From contig MU053645.1 of assembly GCA_013239625.1 (NCBI GenBank), forward strand, positions 1,170,274 to 1,234,273: a stretch of 64,000 nucleotides of DNA, given 5' to 3'. The number at the start of each line of letters is the position of its first letter. Within the stretch, counting starts at the first letter, position 1. The notes below the pieces were generated by a model. That model saw only the letters and a list, made by a program, of their open reading frames with translations. It was not told the origin of the DNA and did not search any database. Positions 39,854 through 53,000 of the stretch are shown in pieces. Origin of the DNA: Lama guanicoe. Lineage: Eukaryota. The translations under genes and the position numbers were made by a program.

Positions 39854-41997
39854 ATTCATGACAATAACTTTGAGAAACTGTAACTTCTGGCAGGGTCTTC
39901 CAAACCCCTAAATATATTCATATGCTCATTCATTCAATGAATATTTATTGAGTGCCTACTACTTATTAGGCCCTGAGCAGGCACTAGGGAAACCAAGTTA
40001 TTCTTGGGAGTCCAGTGACAGTCTTCTTGGAATGATATTTCAGCTGAAATATGAATATGAGAATAATAAAGGTGAGGATGAGTGTATTGGACAAAGGACT
40101 CTCCAAGGGATTTTAATAGCTAATATTCCACAATTCTGACTCTATTTTGTTAATTTCTTATATATACACCCATAAAATATTCAAAAGTCTCATCATATGC
40201 TATAATAATGATATAATATGAGAATTTTGAATTTTAAATTTTGAATGAGTATTTTCCTTTAGTCATTAGCCATATATTCTACCCACTAGCACTGTTTTAG
40301 GCTCTATTATAATTTTTTAAAATGTCTCCCCTAATTATGACTCCATATCTAGTTTGGTTGCAAACCAAAGAAACACCCTATTGCTTTACGGTTACAACAT
40401 GAAAACACATTACTGCACTGCCCTGATTAATTAGTAAGATCAGTTTGTGGCTACAAAGTGTGATGGTGATTTTAAAGAGGCAAATCACTCTCAAAGGTTA
40501 GGTCAAAACTGGAGTTATTTCTAACATAACATGAGTTTTGAAGTTAATTCTCAAACAGTAGATACAGAAATGTTTTGAGTAGTGACAACAAAATTGAAAT
40601 AACTATATAGCCTCGCAGATGATGAAGTTGAAAATGACAGTGCCTGCTTAGATATTTAAGGATGGTCATTCTGGGCACTCAAGAAGGGACTTCTTTCCTT
40701 CTATCCTCATTCTTCCCCAAAAGGGACATGTGCCTAACACATAATTAAATGAAGATGAAAAGTCCAAGATGAAAGGCAAATCAGCAAAAAAGCCCATGCC
40801 AATCTTGGTGTACCATGAAAGTAGTATTTTAAGCCCAAGGGTGGAAACTTAGAATTTGAAGAAACCTCAAGATATCATCCGGTCAAGGCCTTGCCTTAGG
40901 TAAGTCAGTCTCTAACGGATGGCAAACATGACTCTTTTAATTTAAAAGAAAATGTCTTCAAATGTCAACGTAAATCTTAAATCATCTATCCCTCTTTGAA
41001 CACAGAAAACAACTCTACTTCATCAAAAAAATCTCATCTGTTTCAACTCATCCTTTAAACTTACTTATTCTAATGCAAAACAATTACAGTTCGTTTAACC
41101 TTTCATCCTAGAGCTTATTTTCTTTCCCTTTCACCATCTTTGGAAGACTAGACCAATTTGGATTTACCTCAAATCACACTCAAATGTTCCAGGGTGGCTG
41201 TGATGTTTTGTTCTCCAAAGCAGAAGCCAAGGTCACCAAGGAGCAATTGCACATTTGCCCGGTAAACTTGAAGGGAAACTGTGCTTGGTGTACTTCTTCA
41301 ATAAAATTACTAATGTGTTATGAACTTCATTTACCAGTATGAAATCAAATATGCAATTAAATTTTAAATTAACTTTTTCTAAGTTTGATGTTACAAATTA
41401 AACATATACTTTGGTATGAGAATGCATAATACAGTAAATTAAATGTATTAAGAGTATTATATTTGAAGGGGAAAGACCCTGATCAATCAAAACAGAGAAA
41501 GAGATAAATTTAAAAGATTTCTTATAGAGCAAGATAAGATAGAACTTAATAAAATTAAATTGGATACATCTCTACTTTAAGAATACATTTTTGCTCTGAC
41601 AGAACTTACTGTGTTCAAGTTCCAGATATCCAAGGAGTGATAGATAAAAACTCTCCTAGTATTAATGAAAGCTGTTAATTTTCTCCAGTTAGACTCAGTC
41701 CACCTTTGTGCTTAAGCTGGTTTCAAAGCCTGAAATGTTATACACATAAATAGATAAGTTCTAAGATGACAAAGAATTCCAGGTTAGGAATCCTTGGTAT
41801 AGGGCAGGCAAGAAACTGGACAGAACTTAAAGAGGAAGCAGAAGTTGCTCTCATTTCTTTCCAAATTAAGATCAACTGTTTAGAAACACAAGCAGGGTCA
41901 GAAGCTAGATAGAAGGATGATATAGACCCTTGAAAGGAGAATAGCCCAAAGTCTCATTTTCCAGGAATTTTAGTGATTCGTGTGAGTTTCATGCCAT

Positions 41998-42173
41998 TGG
42001 GTAGTTCCCCCATAATTTGAGGAGTCCAGTATAAAATGAAAATTCAAGGTCACTTGTTAAAAAATTAAGAATTTCAATATGTCAACAGCAAAGCATTAAA
42101 CCAAGTACAGGTCCTTTCTAAATGTGAGGCCCTGTGCAACTGCACAAGTCATATAACTATGAAGCCAGCCCTG
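41998..42173 (-). mobile_element. MER91A-like hAT-Tip100 element
   Basis: aaaatgaaaat...aattaagaatttcaa...agcattaaaccaag...ggccctgtgcaactgcaca...atgaagccagccctg. Confidence 0.8.
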
Positions 42174-42194
42174 TTTGTTATGAATATTTTGAGG

Positions 42195-42339
42195 ATAATA
42201 TGCCCCCTTTGGAAAGTTAATGACAGCTATTGATACACACACACATTCACACACCGCCCCCCACAACTTTGCATACAGTTTCAGGGGGTTTGTGGGCTCA
42301 TTTAAGCCCTGTCCATGGACTCTAAATTAAGATCCACTG
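42195..42339 (+). mobile_element. MER103C-like hAT-Charlie fragment
   Basis: ttgcatacagtttcagggggtt...aagccctgtccatggactctaaattaagatccactg. Confidence 0.7.
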
Positions 42340-42540
42340 ATGGAAGTTTACAAAAGGGCAGATTTGGGCTTCCTAACAATTAAAGGCTTTCCAAAATTAA
42401 AGAGACTGCTTTACTACTAGGCACTTGGTTCTGAAAGTATAACTATCAACCAGACCATTGTCTGCATGGTGTGCTCTAGAAGGGATTCCTACACTGGTAG
42501 GAGATTGGATTAGATTACCTCTCTGGTTCCTTACTATATT
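42340..42540 (+). mobile_element. L3/CR1 3' end remnant
   Basis: ggcagattt...ttcctaacaatta...agaagggattcct...ggagattggattagattacctct...ggttcctt. Confidence 0.55.
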
Positions 42541-44322
42541 AATATTTTGTGAGTATAACTCTAAGAGGTTACTACCGCACAGCTCCTCTTCGCCCAGCCC
42601 ACTTTCTGACAGCTTGAATACACTTGGTTTCAGCTGTCTTGGTTTATTTCATTTTTCTTGACAAGGTCTTTACCTTCCCAAATGCTAGGTTTATGTAAAT
42701 TAACCTGTAACCTATGGGTTTATATAAAATCAACATGTTAATTTTATGCAAAGTGATGCAAAAGAGCCATCCTCCATTTTCTCAGCGGGTGCCAGGGGAA
42801 TCTGATCTACTTCCCGAATGGACATTCAAAGCAGCATTAAAAAATCAAGAATGTGAAAATGGCATCAAAGCTGTTAATAAAGAGAAACAAAAAGGGGACC
42901 AAGTAAGTGGTGGGGATCAACCAAGAAGACTGATGATACAAGTCCCTTCTAATAAAACTCCCGAGAGGTCAGAGTGTATGACAAAACGCATCTTAAAATT
43001 CAAGGAATAAAAGTACATTAGTAAAACTTCTAACCACGTTAGAAAAGAGGAAGGTGAGATTACCCAGTACACAGAGGTGCTCATTCTTTTCCCTGTTCTT
43101 GTACGTGCAAGAGGTAAGCCTAACATCCGGGGCCTCAAAACACGGGTCAAAGCTCAGACTCTCTTCTGACTGGGGGAAAAAAAAACTGCAAAAACAAATG
43201 TCATTCTGGCAATAAATTGTCAAAGCCTCTAAGGATGTTTTTGCTCTAACTTACTGGTCATGACATTCACCAAAAGTGATGTGTTTCCTGTTCATTTTTC
43301 TAATCAGCATGATCAGCATTTTAGTGTCATGTAGGGGCTCTACTCCAGAATTTAAAGGGATAACTAGAAAAGAAAGGGGCAAAGGTACCTGGCTGAGTCG
43401 TGGATTTTTTTTAAAAATACATCCCAAAGGCCTCTTCACTGTAGTTTTCATTTTTATGACATTCAGGTTCTAATCAGGATCTAAAGTATATTTCTTAAAC
43501 TCAAAATCAGATTTTAGATACCTGCTCACTAATTGGCCAGCTCTTTAAGAAAATGGAATTAGTGCTAAGTAAAAAGTAAGCTGAAACTAGTAGCAACAGC
43601 TTTGGCCAAGCCGCAGGTAAAACACAAAGGATTTAAGGATGACACCTAGGGAATGAATAAAATAAAAAGAAGTACAAGAGGTCTGGGGTCTGATATCAAA
43701 GGAGAAATTAGAGAGTTACTGGGGAAGAGCGCAAAGAACTGGAAGACTTGACTTTGAAGAAAATAAAAAGGAAAGATGTGATGCAGAGGCTCTATAAAAG
43801 GCTAACTGAGACCTGGCTGACACAGCAGCATGCTGATACAATCAGGCCCTCCTACTCCCCTCACATCTGGGGGTCTAGTTCCTTCAGATTGTCATTTCAC
43901 TGGGTATGCTGGGTAAGGGGGGTAGAAACAGTGTCAGAAATGTTTGCGCTACAAGGGTTAGAACCTGCGCATTGCCATTGTTTTGTCTGATACTTTGCAG
44001 TGAAGGCCTAAGTTTAAACACGGTATCTATCCCACAGCCCATATTGCAGAGAGTGGCTCTGGCTGTTTATTTACACATCATTTTCTTGAGGGTCTTTGTA
44101 ATTCCAGGCCACGTGGATGGTATTTTCTCTTAGGAAAAACAAAAAGGAAGGAATTGGCCTACCTTACCCTAGCCCACAAGTCTTACTTGCTCTCCCAGGC
44201 TCTCTGTCCTTAGCTAGTTCACACCACATGAGTCAGGAATAAGTCAAGCCCCTGAGCACTGAGGAGACCTAGCTGAAGTAGGTGGTGTGTGTACACTGAG
44301 AGCTCATGATAAAATAAAATCT

Positions 44323-44745
44323 ATGGGAATGTAAATTGGTGCAGACACTGTTGTTGCCATTTGCAACAACACGGATGGACCTGGAGGCTATTATGCTAAG
44401 TGAAATAAGTTAGATAGAGGAAGACAAACACTGTATGATATCACTTATATGTGGAATCTAAAAAATACAACAAACTAGTGAATAGAATAAAAAGGCAGAC
44501 TCACAGTTATAGAGAACAACCTAGTGGTTACCAATGGGGAGATGGAAGGGGGAGCAAGATAAGTGTAGGGGATTAAAAGATATAAACTATTACGTATAAA
44601 ATAAGCTACAAGGAGATATTGTACAACACAGGGAATACAGCAAAAATAATAACTAGAAACAGAGTATAACCTTTCAAGTTGTGAATCACTATACTGTACA
44701 CCTGTAAGTTATATAATATTGTACATAAACTACAATAATTTTTTT
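44323..44745 (+). mobile_element. L1 3' fragment with internal deletion
   Basis: gggaatgtaaattggtgcagacactg is joined almost directly to ttgccatttgcaacaacacggatggacctgg, followed by 3' UTR ending ataatattgtacataaactac. Confidence 0.85.
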
Positions 44746-44809
44746 TAAGTTGCTCAGTTTCTATCTCAATCATTGTACTCAAGTATGCTAGGGTGCCAGC
44801 AATTCATAA

Positions 44810-46480
44810 GCATTTATTCAGTCACATAATAAACATCTGTAGATCAACTATTATATAAAAGGCAGTCTTCTAGATACAGAGAATTCAAAGAAACAATTCC
44901 TGCTTTTGAAAAGTTCACAGGTGTGGTAGAAAAGACAGGCATACAAATAACTGAATAACAGTACGGCCAGTTCTAGTACAGAGGTTTAAAGAGTGCTATA
45001 GAAGAGTAAAAAGGGACAATTAATTCTACTTGAAAGAGGTGGGTGGGCAGAGGCAATTGAGAGAAAGCTTCACAGAGAGAATGACATTTGGAGTAGGTCT
45101 TCAAAAATGAGTAGGATTATCAAAAGGCAGAGAAGGTGGGAAGTGCTTTCTAAGTGAAGCAAAGCCTAAAAGCAAAGCTCAGACAGGGGAAGTGACAGGG
45201 GTTTGTTTGTTATTTTTTTTTTTTTTTTTGTAATGATGAATAACTCAGGATGGCTTGTGCATAGAGGGGCGTGTGACCTATTTAATTTTATTGAATGAAT
45301 AAATGAGTTAAAGGACAAACTAAGAAGGATCTTGTATATCACAGATTGTATGCCACAAGGCACATAAATTTATCTTGTTTGCAATAGGGAGCCGGAGGAG
45401 TTTTCATAGGAGAAAGACATGATCATATCTATAATTAAAAGCAAACAAATTAGTAAAAACCATCTTCAAACATTATGGAAAATGTGTGAGACTGTAGGAG
45501 AGGCTGGAAGGTGAAGGCAGGAAGACCAGGTAGGAGGCTTGCGCAGTCAGTCTTTAGGAGAAAAATGATGAAATGCTGAACTAGGTCAGCAGCTGGTAGG
45601 ATGAAGAGGAGTGAGGTGCGTTTGGAAGATATTTTAGAAGTAGAGTTAGAAGAACTTGACAAGTACTGAATGTGGAAATCATGAAAGATCTGGAGAGCAG
45701 ACCATATATTCCGGCTCAAAAAACGATGATAATGCCATTTTAACCAAGATAGGGTACACAAGTCAAAGGGTGGAATATTAAAATTTCAGTTTTGAACAAA
45801 CTGAGTTCAGAGGACTCGTAGGACAGCCAGGTGAACATGTCTAGCAGGAAAATAGTGCATGTAACTCTGAAGAGACAGAGACTAGACTGCTAAATCTGGA
45901 AGGCCCAAAAGGTCAAGTGTTCTTATCCCTGGCTGCATATTAAAATCACCTCAAACTTAAACAAACAAAAAATACTATTGATGCCGAGATCTCACTCCAG
46001 CCTAACTCAATCAGTATCTCTGGGGGTGAGACTTGTACAAGAGTATGTTTTAAAAGCTCCCCAGCTGATTCTAATTTGCAACCAATGTTGAGAAGAACTA
46101 ACAAGGTGGATTGTTGATACAAAGGGAGTAAAAACTCAGGGAAATTATGAAGTATTTTTTCAAAGGCATAGTAAAATAAAAAACTGCTGGCAAAAAAAAG
46201 CAACTTTTTAGGTGACAGAGGAAAATGAGATAATGATAGAGACTGAAAAACTGTGACAAAAAAAAAAATATGGACAGATCCAGGATAAAGTGGTATCACT
46301 TGACCAAAAAGAAAAGAAAGTGTCAGAAAGGTATGTCCAATAGCATTAAATGCTTAGTAATGTCCCAGTGTACCAACCTAGATTGCTTTAAAGATGAAAT
46401 AGCCATTACCTATTAAAGAACAAGACAGTTCTGACTAAAGAAGAGAGGGAGAAATAGGTCAAGAAAATTTTAAGTCTTGA
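44810..46480 (-). mobile_element. Long L2 remnant interrupted by MER5A
   Basis: catttattcagtc...gaaagcttcacagagagaatgacatttg...gaaggcaggaagaccaggtaggaggct...ttcagttttgaaca; purine-rich L2 body. Confidence 0.7.
45914..46095. mobile_element. MER5A-like hAT-Charlie element
   Basis: ggctgcatattaaaatcacc...aatcagtatctctgggggtgag...tttaaaagctccccagctgattctaatttgcaaccaatgttgagaa. Confidence 0.8.
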
Positions 46481-47665
46481 TACTCTTCGGCCTTGGTGAG
46501 GGCTAGATGCCCAAGAAAGAAGCAAGGATATCAAGACAGAGTGGCTCGGGGCAGTGCCAAAGGTAAGATCTGTCAGCTCCAGAACTCTTCCCTGCCTCCA
46601 GTCTATGAACACCTGACTGAAAAGGACTAACTAGAGCTATGCCTCGTCATCACCCTCTTTGGGAAAAATGGAAAGATCTATATAGGCAGTTCTGCAATCA
46701 TCTGAGTAGATCTCACAAACTAGAGAATCGTGGTAGGGGTAGGCGAAGGGTGGGTGGCAATTGGAGGGTGCTTAGTGTATGTGTGTAAACATTAGCCTAA
46801 TCACAGCACAGTGATTATAAAAGCTGTTGTTCCTTCTCATGTCAGACTCTGAAGACAGTCAGAGGATCTTAAAACGCTCCTTTCTGAGCTATAGAAGGAA
46901 TGTATTACAGTGCCACCTGCTGGTAATGCTGAGACCAGAAACAAGTTTCTTTACTTTGTGTTTGTTTAATAAATCCCTGAGGCTGAAGCTTGAAGAATAC
47001 AGACAAATAAACATCATTCTGATTTATAATTGGAGGTGATAGCTTACTCAGTAATTTCTTTTCCTCAAAAGACATTTTCAGAATAGAAAATAAAGCTCTG
47101 ATTAAACCCTCCTAAAGGTAAATGGAAAGCATGTGAACAGAAACACTCAAAGTCAAAGAATGTCCAACCAAACTTGCTGCTTGTTTTCCAGTCTTAGGCA
47201 CTTCAATTCGTATTTCGTTTCTAGACTCTCAGTGTATTTCCTATAAATTTAAAACTGGATGTATAGTCAAGTCACCATCTGTCTAGCTACTTGTTTCCGT
47301 GCAAATGTCTCAACTCCTTGAATTGTATACTAACCTCCAGTCAATCTGGGCTATTTAGTACTCAAAAATAGCATGTCTTTGAGGCATCTGTATATTTGCA
47401 CCTGCTGTTCCCTCTGCTACAAATTTCACCCCCATCACTATTCCCAACCCAGTCTTCATATTCAATGTCAAAAGACACCTCTTTCATGAAGCCTTCTCTA
47501 ATCACCCTCACCCCGAGCTGGGAATAAATAATAACTCCTTCATCTGAACTGTATCTGTATCTCTTTGTTATACTTATTATTTTTTACCATTTACAAGAGT
47601 TGTAAACAAGACATATTCATGGTGTAGTAAAAAGGACACAAACTTTGCAATCAGTCCATGGTCCA

Positions 47666-48162
47666 TGTGAACGAAAAATACTATAAACCTCATCAGGAAA
47701 CAAAGAATGCTAAAGCCATCAAGTCATCAGAGGCTGCCGCCAACCCCCAGTGAAGACAAGCCTGCAGCCCAGCCTCTGCAGCCACTCACAATGGTGCACC
47801 CTGAGGGGACTCAGAATAAGAAAGGACAGGATACTGGCCCTAGATAGCTAGGTGCTTGTCAAAGGAATGAATTCAATGAACCCAAATGTTTGCTTCCTCC
47901 CATACATTGAAAAGCACTAAATTCTTTAACTTGAGATACCCGGTTTTCTTTAGTTAACAAGCAATCTTTTAATGTTCCAACTACCTTTTTTTGTTGTAAA
48001 ACTCCCAGATATCCTGGCTCCTCCCCTAGCTCTTCGGAGCAGTCCCTCAGAGCGATCTGTGAGGCTGTCATCCCGGGCTCGAAGGGGTTCGAGTCCTCAG
48101 AAATGTCCACCAAATAAAACATAACTCTCAACTTTTAGACCGTGTATTTATTTCAGTTGACA
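47666..48162 (+). mobile_element. Solo ERV1-class LTR (497 bp, lineage-specific), inserted into a MIR
   Basis: TG...CA ends (tgtgaac / gttgaca, near-inverted), 4-bp TSD TCCA (47662-47665, 48163-48166), AATAAA 48113-48118; MIR head to the left and MIR core to the right. Confidence 0.88.
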
Positions 48163-48274
48163 TCCAAAAGCTGGATTTGCCATTTAATAGTGGGGGACCT
48201 CATATAAATTTAACCTCCCCGAGCTTCCGTTTTCTCATCTGTAAAATGAAGATAATGTTGCCCACAGAAAGGGG

Positions 48275-48510
48275 GAGCATGGAAGAGAATTTAAGAAAAG
48301 GCTCTGGAATCAGATAAACCCGGGTTTAAATCCTAGCTCTGCCTGTTACTAGCTATATAAAAGTGGTCAAATTATTTAGCTGCTCTAAGCTTCAGTTTCC
48401 GCATCTGTAAAACAGGACAAGCCTGGGAACTCCCTACCTGAGTATCTTCACAAGAAGAGACAATGTATATAAAGTGCTTGGCATTGAGTAACACTCACTG
48501 CATGTTAGTT
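48275..48510 (+). mobile_element. MIR SINE, near full length
   Basis: ggctctggaatcaga...gggtttaaatcctagctctgcc...ctctaagcttcagtttccgcatctgtaaaa...aatgtatataaagtgcttggca. Confidence 0.82.
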
Positions 48511-49804
48511 TCTCCCTTCCCCTTTGTTTTACTGAATTTCTTGGGGGCAGAGAGCATGCCCTGTCCATTTCTGATCACCTAAGTGCTGGCACCTGCCCAG
48601 CACAGTACTTTTTACTCAGTCTGCTTGTATGTTTGGTGAATTAATAAATGCCATGCTTCTATAACATTTCTTAGCAGAATTTAGTTTCAGGCAACCACTG
48701 TCTCATTTCTCCACAAAGCAGTGATGCCAAATCTATGTCACCCATCTCAAGGGTTTAATGGGTGCCTCTTGAAACCATGTGTTTCTTGTCTGTAGCCATT
48801 TAGGAAGAGCATACTTAAAATACAGCTCTCCTAAGTCATACCCACAGAAAGAAGTAGGGCCTGACTCTTCTTAGCCAGGGGCAAGGTCATTGAATTTCAA
48901 GGCACTTCTTTTAGAGAACAGTTCTGATGTAATGTCACAAAACAATGTGCTTCTCTATAATAGTTTTGGATAAATATATGGAAGCAAAAATAGGGCAAGG
49001 ATGAGAATATGAATGAAAGTTGAAATGTGCATATTCAGTATTCCTGTAATGGACCAGGGGTGTCATACATATTTTAAGAATTCTCTGGATGCCCACTTTC
49101 CCCAAGGACCAAACTACAATAGGCATTAATGGTGCACTTTTGCAGCAGAGTATATACTTCGTTTAGGGCAAATGACACCTGTAGAAATTAACAGGATCAC
49201 AAGGGATGCACTTTAGCTGCCAGGGATGCACCCAAGATATAATTCCATGAGTTGGGTTATGATAGAACCCTAGCAGAAATTACAAGCATTCAAAGCTTCT
49301 CTCCACTCTGGAAAATACACTATCCTTTCATTCCAAAACAACAGAGTAGAAAGGACCCATTCACTGCAGTTCTTGGCTGTTCTTGTGGATGGGCTAAATC
49401 CCAACATCAAAATTAATAGAATGCTCAATTTATTCTTACTTCCCTCTCATTCTTCCCATTTATGGAAAGTAATAAATCCAACACGACACCAAGCGTGGTA
49501 AACTGTATTTGGATGATGCGACAGAGCTGGACAAGATCCCAACATGGAATTGCCTTCCAGCTTTTAAATTCACTAAATATTTTAATTAGCTTAATTATCA
49601 ACACATTTTCATTGAAAGAGGACCAGTGTCATAAAGGACTTCAATATTTCAAATCATATCAGATGTTATTGATGTTGCACAGCAACCAAAATAATGAACT
49701 TAGGTCTTAACTCACATTCTCTCCTTTTCCTCTGCCGTCCTTTGTTGCTTAACTTAATGGAATGGCCAGAGATTTTTACATATGAATTGCTTTGCTGCTG
49801 ATTT

Positions 49805-49807
<3 letters not shown>

Positions 49808-49875
<68 letters not shown>

Positions 49876-49904
49876 GCACGCGCGCGCGCGCGCACGCACA
49901 CACA
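49808..49904 (+). repeat. Compound microsatellite (TC)15-(AC)n-(CGCA)2-(CG)7-(CA)n
   Basis: Read directly from the sequence. Confidence 0.95.
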
Positions 49905-50029
49905 AGGTTCTCTGAATCCAAGAAACATACTCATCATAGCCAACATGGGGATTTTAGTAAACAATGGAATGTTTTTCAACTGGATTTAGATTAGCAAAAA
50001 TTCAATTGACAATATACATTTTATAAATG

Positions 50030-53000
50030 TGTAATAAGAGGAACACTGATATACTGTTGGTGGAAATATAGGTTTGGTACAGTGACATTGATGGGCAGCT
50101 TTCAGTATCTCTCAAATTTTTAAATGAAAAATGTATCCAATATTTCCACTTCTAAAGATCTATCCTACAAAAACATTTTCTCTTCTAGTGCACTAAGATC
50201 TTTGTAGTAGGATGATTCCTCCAGCATTGTTTTGGAATAACAAAAACTAGAGATAAAATCTTAACCTCCACAAATAGAGCACAGGTTTAAATTTATAATG
50301 AATCCGCACACTGGAAAACTGCACAGTATTTAAATTTGAGTTAAATATGTATTGCCAAGGATTAGAGGTTATAGCTATAAATATCAAAAATATGTGATAA
50401 ATCAAGTTGGAGAATAGTATATGCAGTATGAGTCTAAATTTGAAAAATACATGATTTAGACTATATATAATATATCCAAAGAAACTATCTGAAAGGATCT
50501 ATATGAAATGTAATGATGAGTATCTCTGGGAATGAAACATTAAGAGATTTTTCTATTTTGATATTGTTTGAACCTTCAATTAAGTAAAATGCACTACTGT
50601 AATAATAAAAATACTAAAACTATTCCACTATTTGATTTCCAAGATACAGTAAGTAAAAAAACAAGGAGACAAAAGCAAAAAAAAAAAAAAAGCTATGTTT
50701 TGCTATATTTTAAAGATGAAACAAAGAGAAATAAAATGGATACATTGGTATATGAAAAAAGGAAGGAAATATTAGGAACTAAAGAAATTAATTACAAATA
50801 GTATGTGCAACCAAGTAAAGTAAATATGGGAATGAGATTTCTTTCATTTTTTTCCTTTTTCTGTAATTTTGAATTTTCAGTAATATAAATGTTTTGGTGT
50901 ATTCAAAAATAAAATTTAATCAAAAAGGATAAAAAAGCTAATTAAGTATAAACACAAATTAACTTATTTATATACTGAATTAAATAACATAACCACAAAG
51001 AAAATTAACTCAAGTAATTTTTTGAATATAACACTGACGATAAAGACTTAGTAGAACAACTTCTAAGGACAAAAATATTTGTGAAATATCTTGTACTTGA
51101 TTTAGTAGATTTGTCGTTGGTAGTAGTTTTGGTGTAGTAGTCCTGAAACGATTTTTTATGAAGTAAAGATAAAATAAGTAAGTATATCGATATTGATGGG
51201 AATGAGGGTTCCCACTGTGGGAAAAGGAGATAAAAATATGGAATGAGTAAAGGTGAGGAAGAACCCCATTGTGCTGGATTTGAATTGGAAGTATCAGAAT
51301 TAAATCAAAATTTTGAAAAATGGTTTCTAAATACCATTTTGCACTTAAAGGAATCAGAAAAACAGCTAATTACAGAGTTGGAGCAGAGAAAGTATGAAGG
51401 CACATCTTTATGACAGAAAGCAAGGAAATGCTATTAAAAAAAAAAAAAGATGGAGTATCAACAGGTAACAGGAAAACTTCCACTTCAGGCTATGATGATG
51501 TAAACTGGAACTAGGCTAGCTGTAGCCACAGGAATCAATGATAAAAGTGGACAAAGCAACTGTTTTCAGATCCTGCAAGACTGTGATATCAAAGAAAAAC
51601 TCATGTGGTAAGTTCCACAATCAAACTAGCTGTCTACCTGGGGACAATTCTGCAATGATGGCACAGTGAATTGAACTCCTAAAAGCTCAACAGTCCTGCT
51701 GAAGCTATAGAGATCAGGGCAGCTAAAATGACTGGAACCTTCAGTAAAAGGGGAGAGCTCATTGAGAAGAGCCTATAAAATCTGTCTGGGGGTTCTCTTT
51801 GAGAGTCCCTGGCTGAAGATTTGGCTGAAAATGCACAGGGAGTGACTGCCAGAGTCTTTTCATCAGAGTGGGACCACCACAGGGTTTCTAATAGCACAGT
51901 GATATTAGAGGATACACAGCACTGGGGAATATCTTGTTAAGAGTTGAGCACTCTGATAAGACTCCAGAAAGGTCCTGCTTTAGAACTATGGCACAGAATG
52001 TGACCTACTCTAGACCCTCCCTAACAAAACCTAAAGTCAAGTCTGGATAAGATCCACAGGGGAGAATAAGATTAGAGATTGAGTCCCACCAAGTTATAGA
52101 TGATTAAGACATACCTTGGGTTTTCCATAGATCTATTCTAACAAAGTATACAATGAAGCACCAAAAGTTCAAGATTAGTAACTGAACTGCTACTAGAGTA
52201 ACACCCTTTAGAGGAACATAACAAAATCCAGTGTCTCTACAGCATATTACCTACAAATTCTAGTACTCAATAAAAAAAAATTCCTTGACATGGGGGAAAA
52301 AAGTAACCAACATCAAGGTAGAAAAGAAGTTTAAAAAAAAAACAATCTTGAGATGACCCAAACATTGCATTTAGCATACAAAGACTTTAAGGGAGCTACA
52401 ATAAATTTGTCCAAAAGACTAAAGAAAATATGCTCAAAGACATAAAGGAACATGGAGCATTAGTAGTTGACCAGATAAGTATCAACAGAGAAACAAAACC
52501 TATGAAAAGATGCAAAGGGAAATTCTAAAACTGAGAAGTACAGTAACTGAAATGAAAACTTCATTGGATGGGTTTTAGCAGATGGCAGAATAAACAGTCA
52601 GTGATTCTGAAAACAGAACAATAGAAACTTTCTGTTCTGAAAAACATAGACAAAAATAATTGAAGTAAAATAAATAGAATGTCAGAACCTTACAGAACAA
52701 TTATAAAATGGTCAAACATTCTTATAATAGAAGTTACAGAAGGATAAGAGATTGAGAATGGGACAGTAAAAATATTCTGAACTACATAATAATGGAAAAA
52801 TAATTGATCAAAATTTCTGGTTCACAACTAAGGCAGTACTTAGAGAGTAATATATAGCCTTAAATGCTTTTATTAGAAAAGAAGAAAGGTTTAAGATCTA
52901 TGATCTAAGTTTCTACCTGAAGAAACTAGAAAAAGCAAATTAAACCAAAAGTAACTAGGAAGAATAAAGATCTGAGAAGGACTAATTAAACAAGCAACAA

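Noticed and set aside
49782..49994. ORFs with SL/HT/AR dipeptide repeats
   Set aside because: They are translation artefacts of the compound microsatellite.
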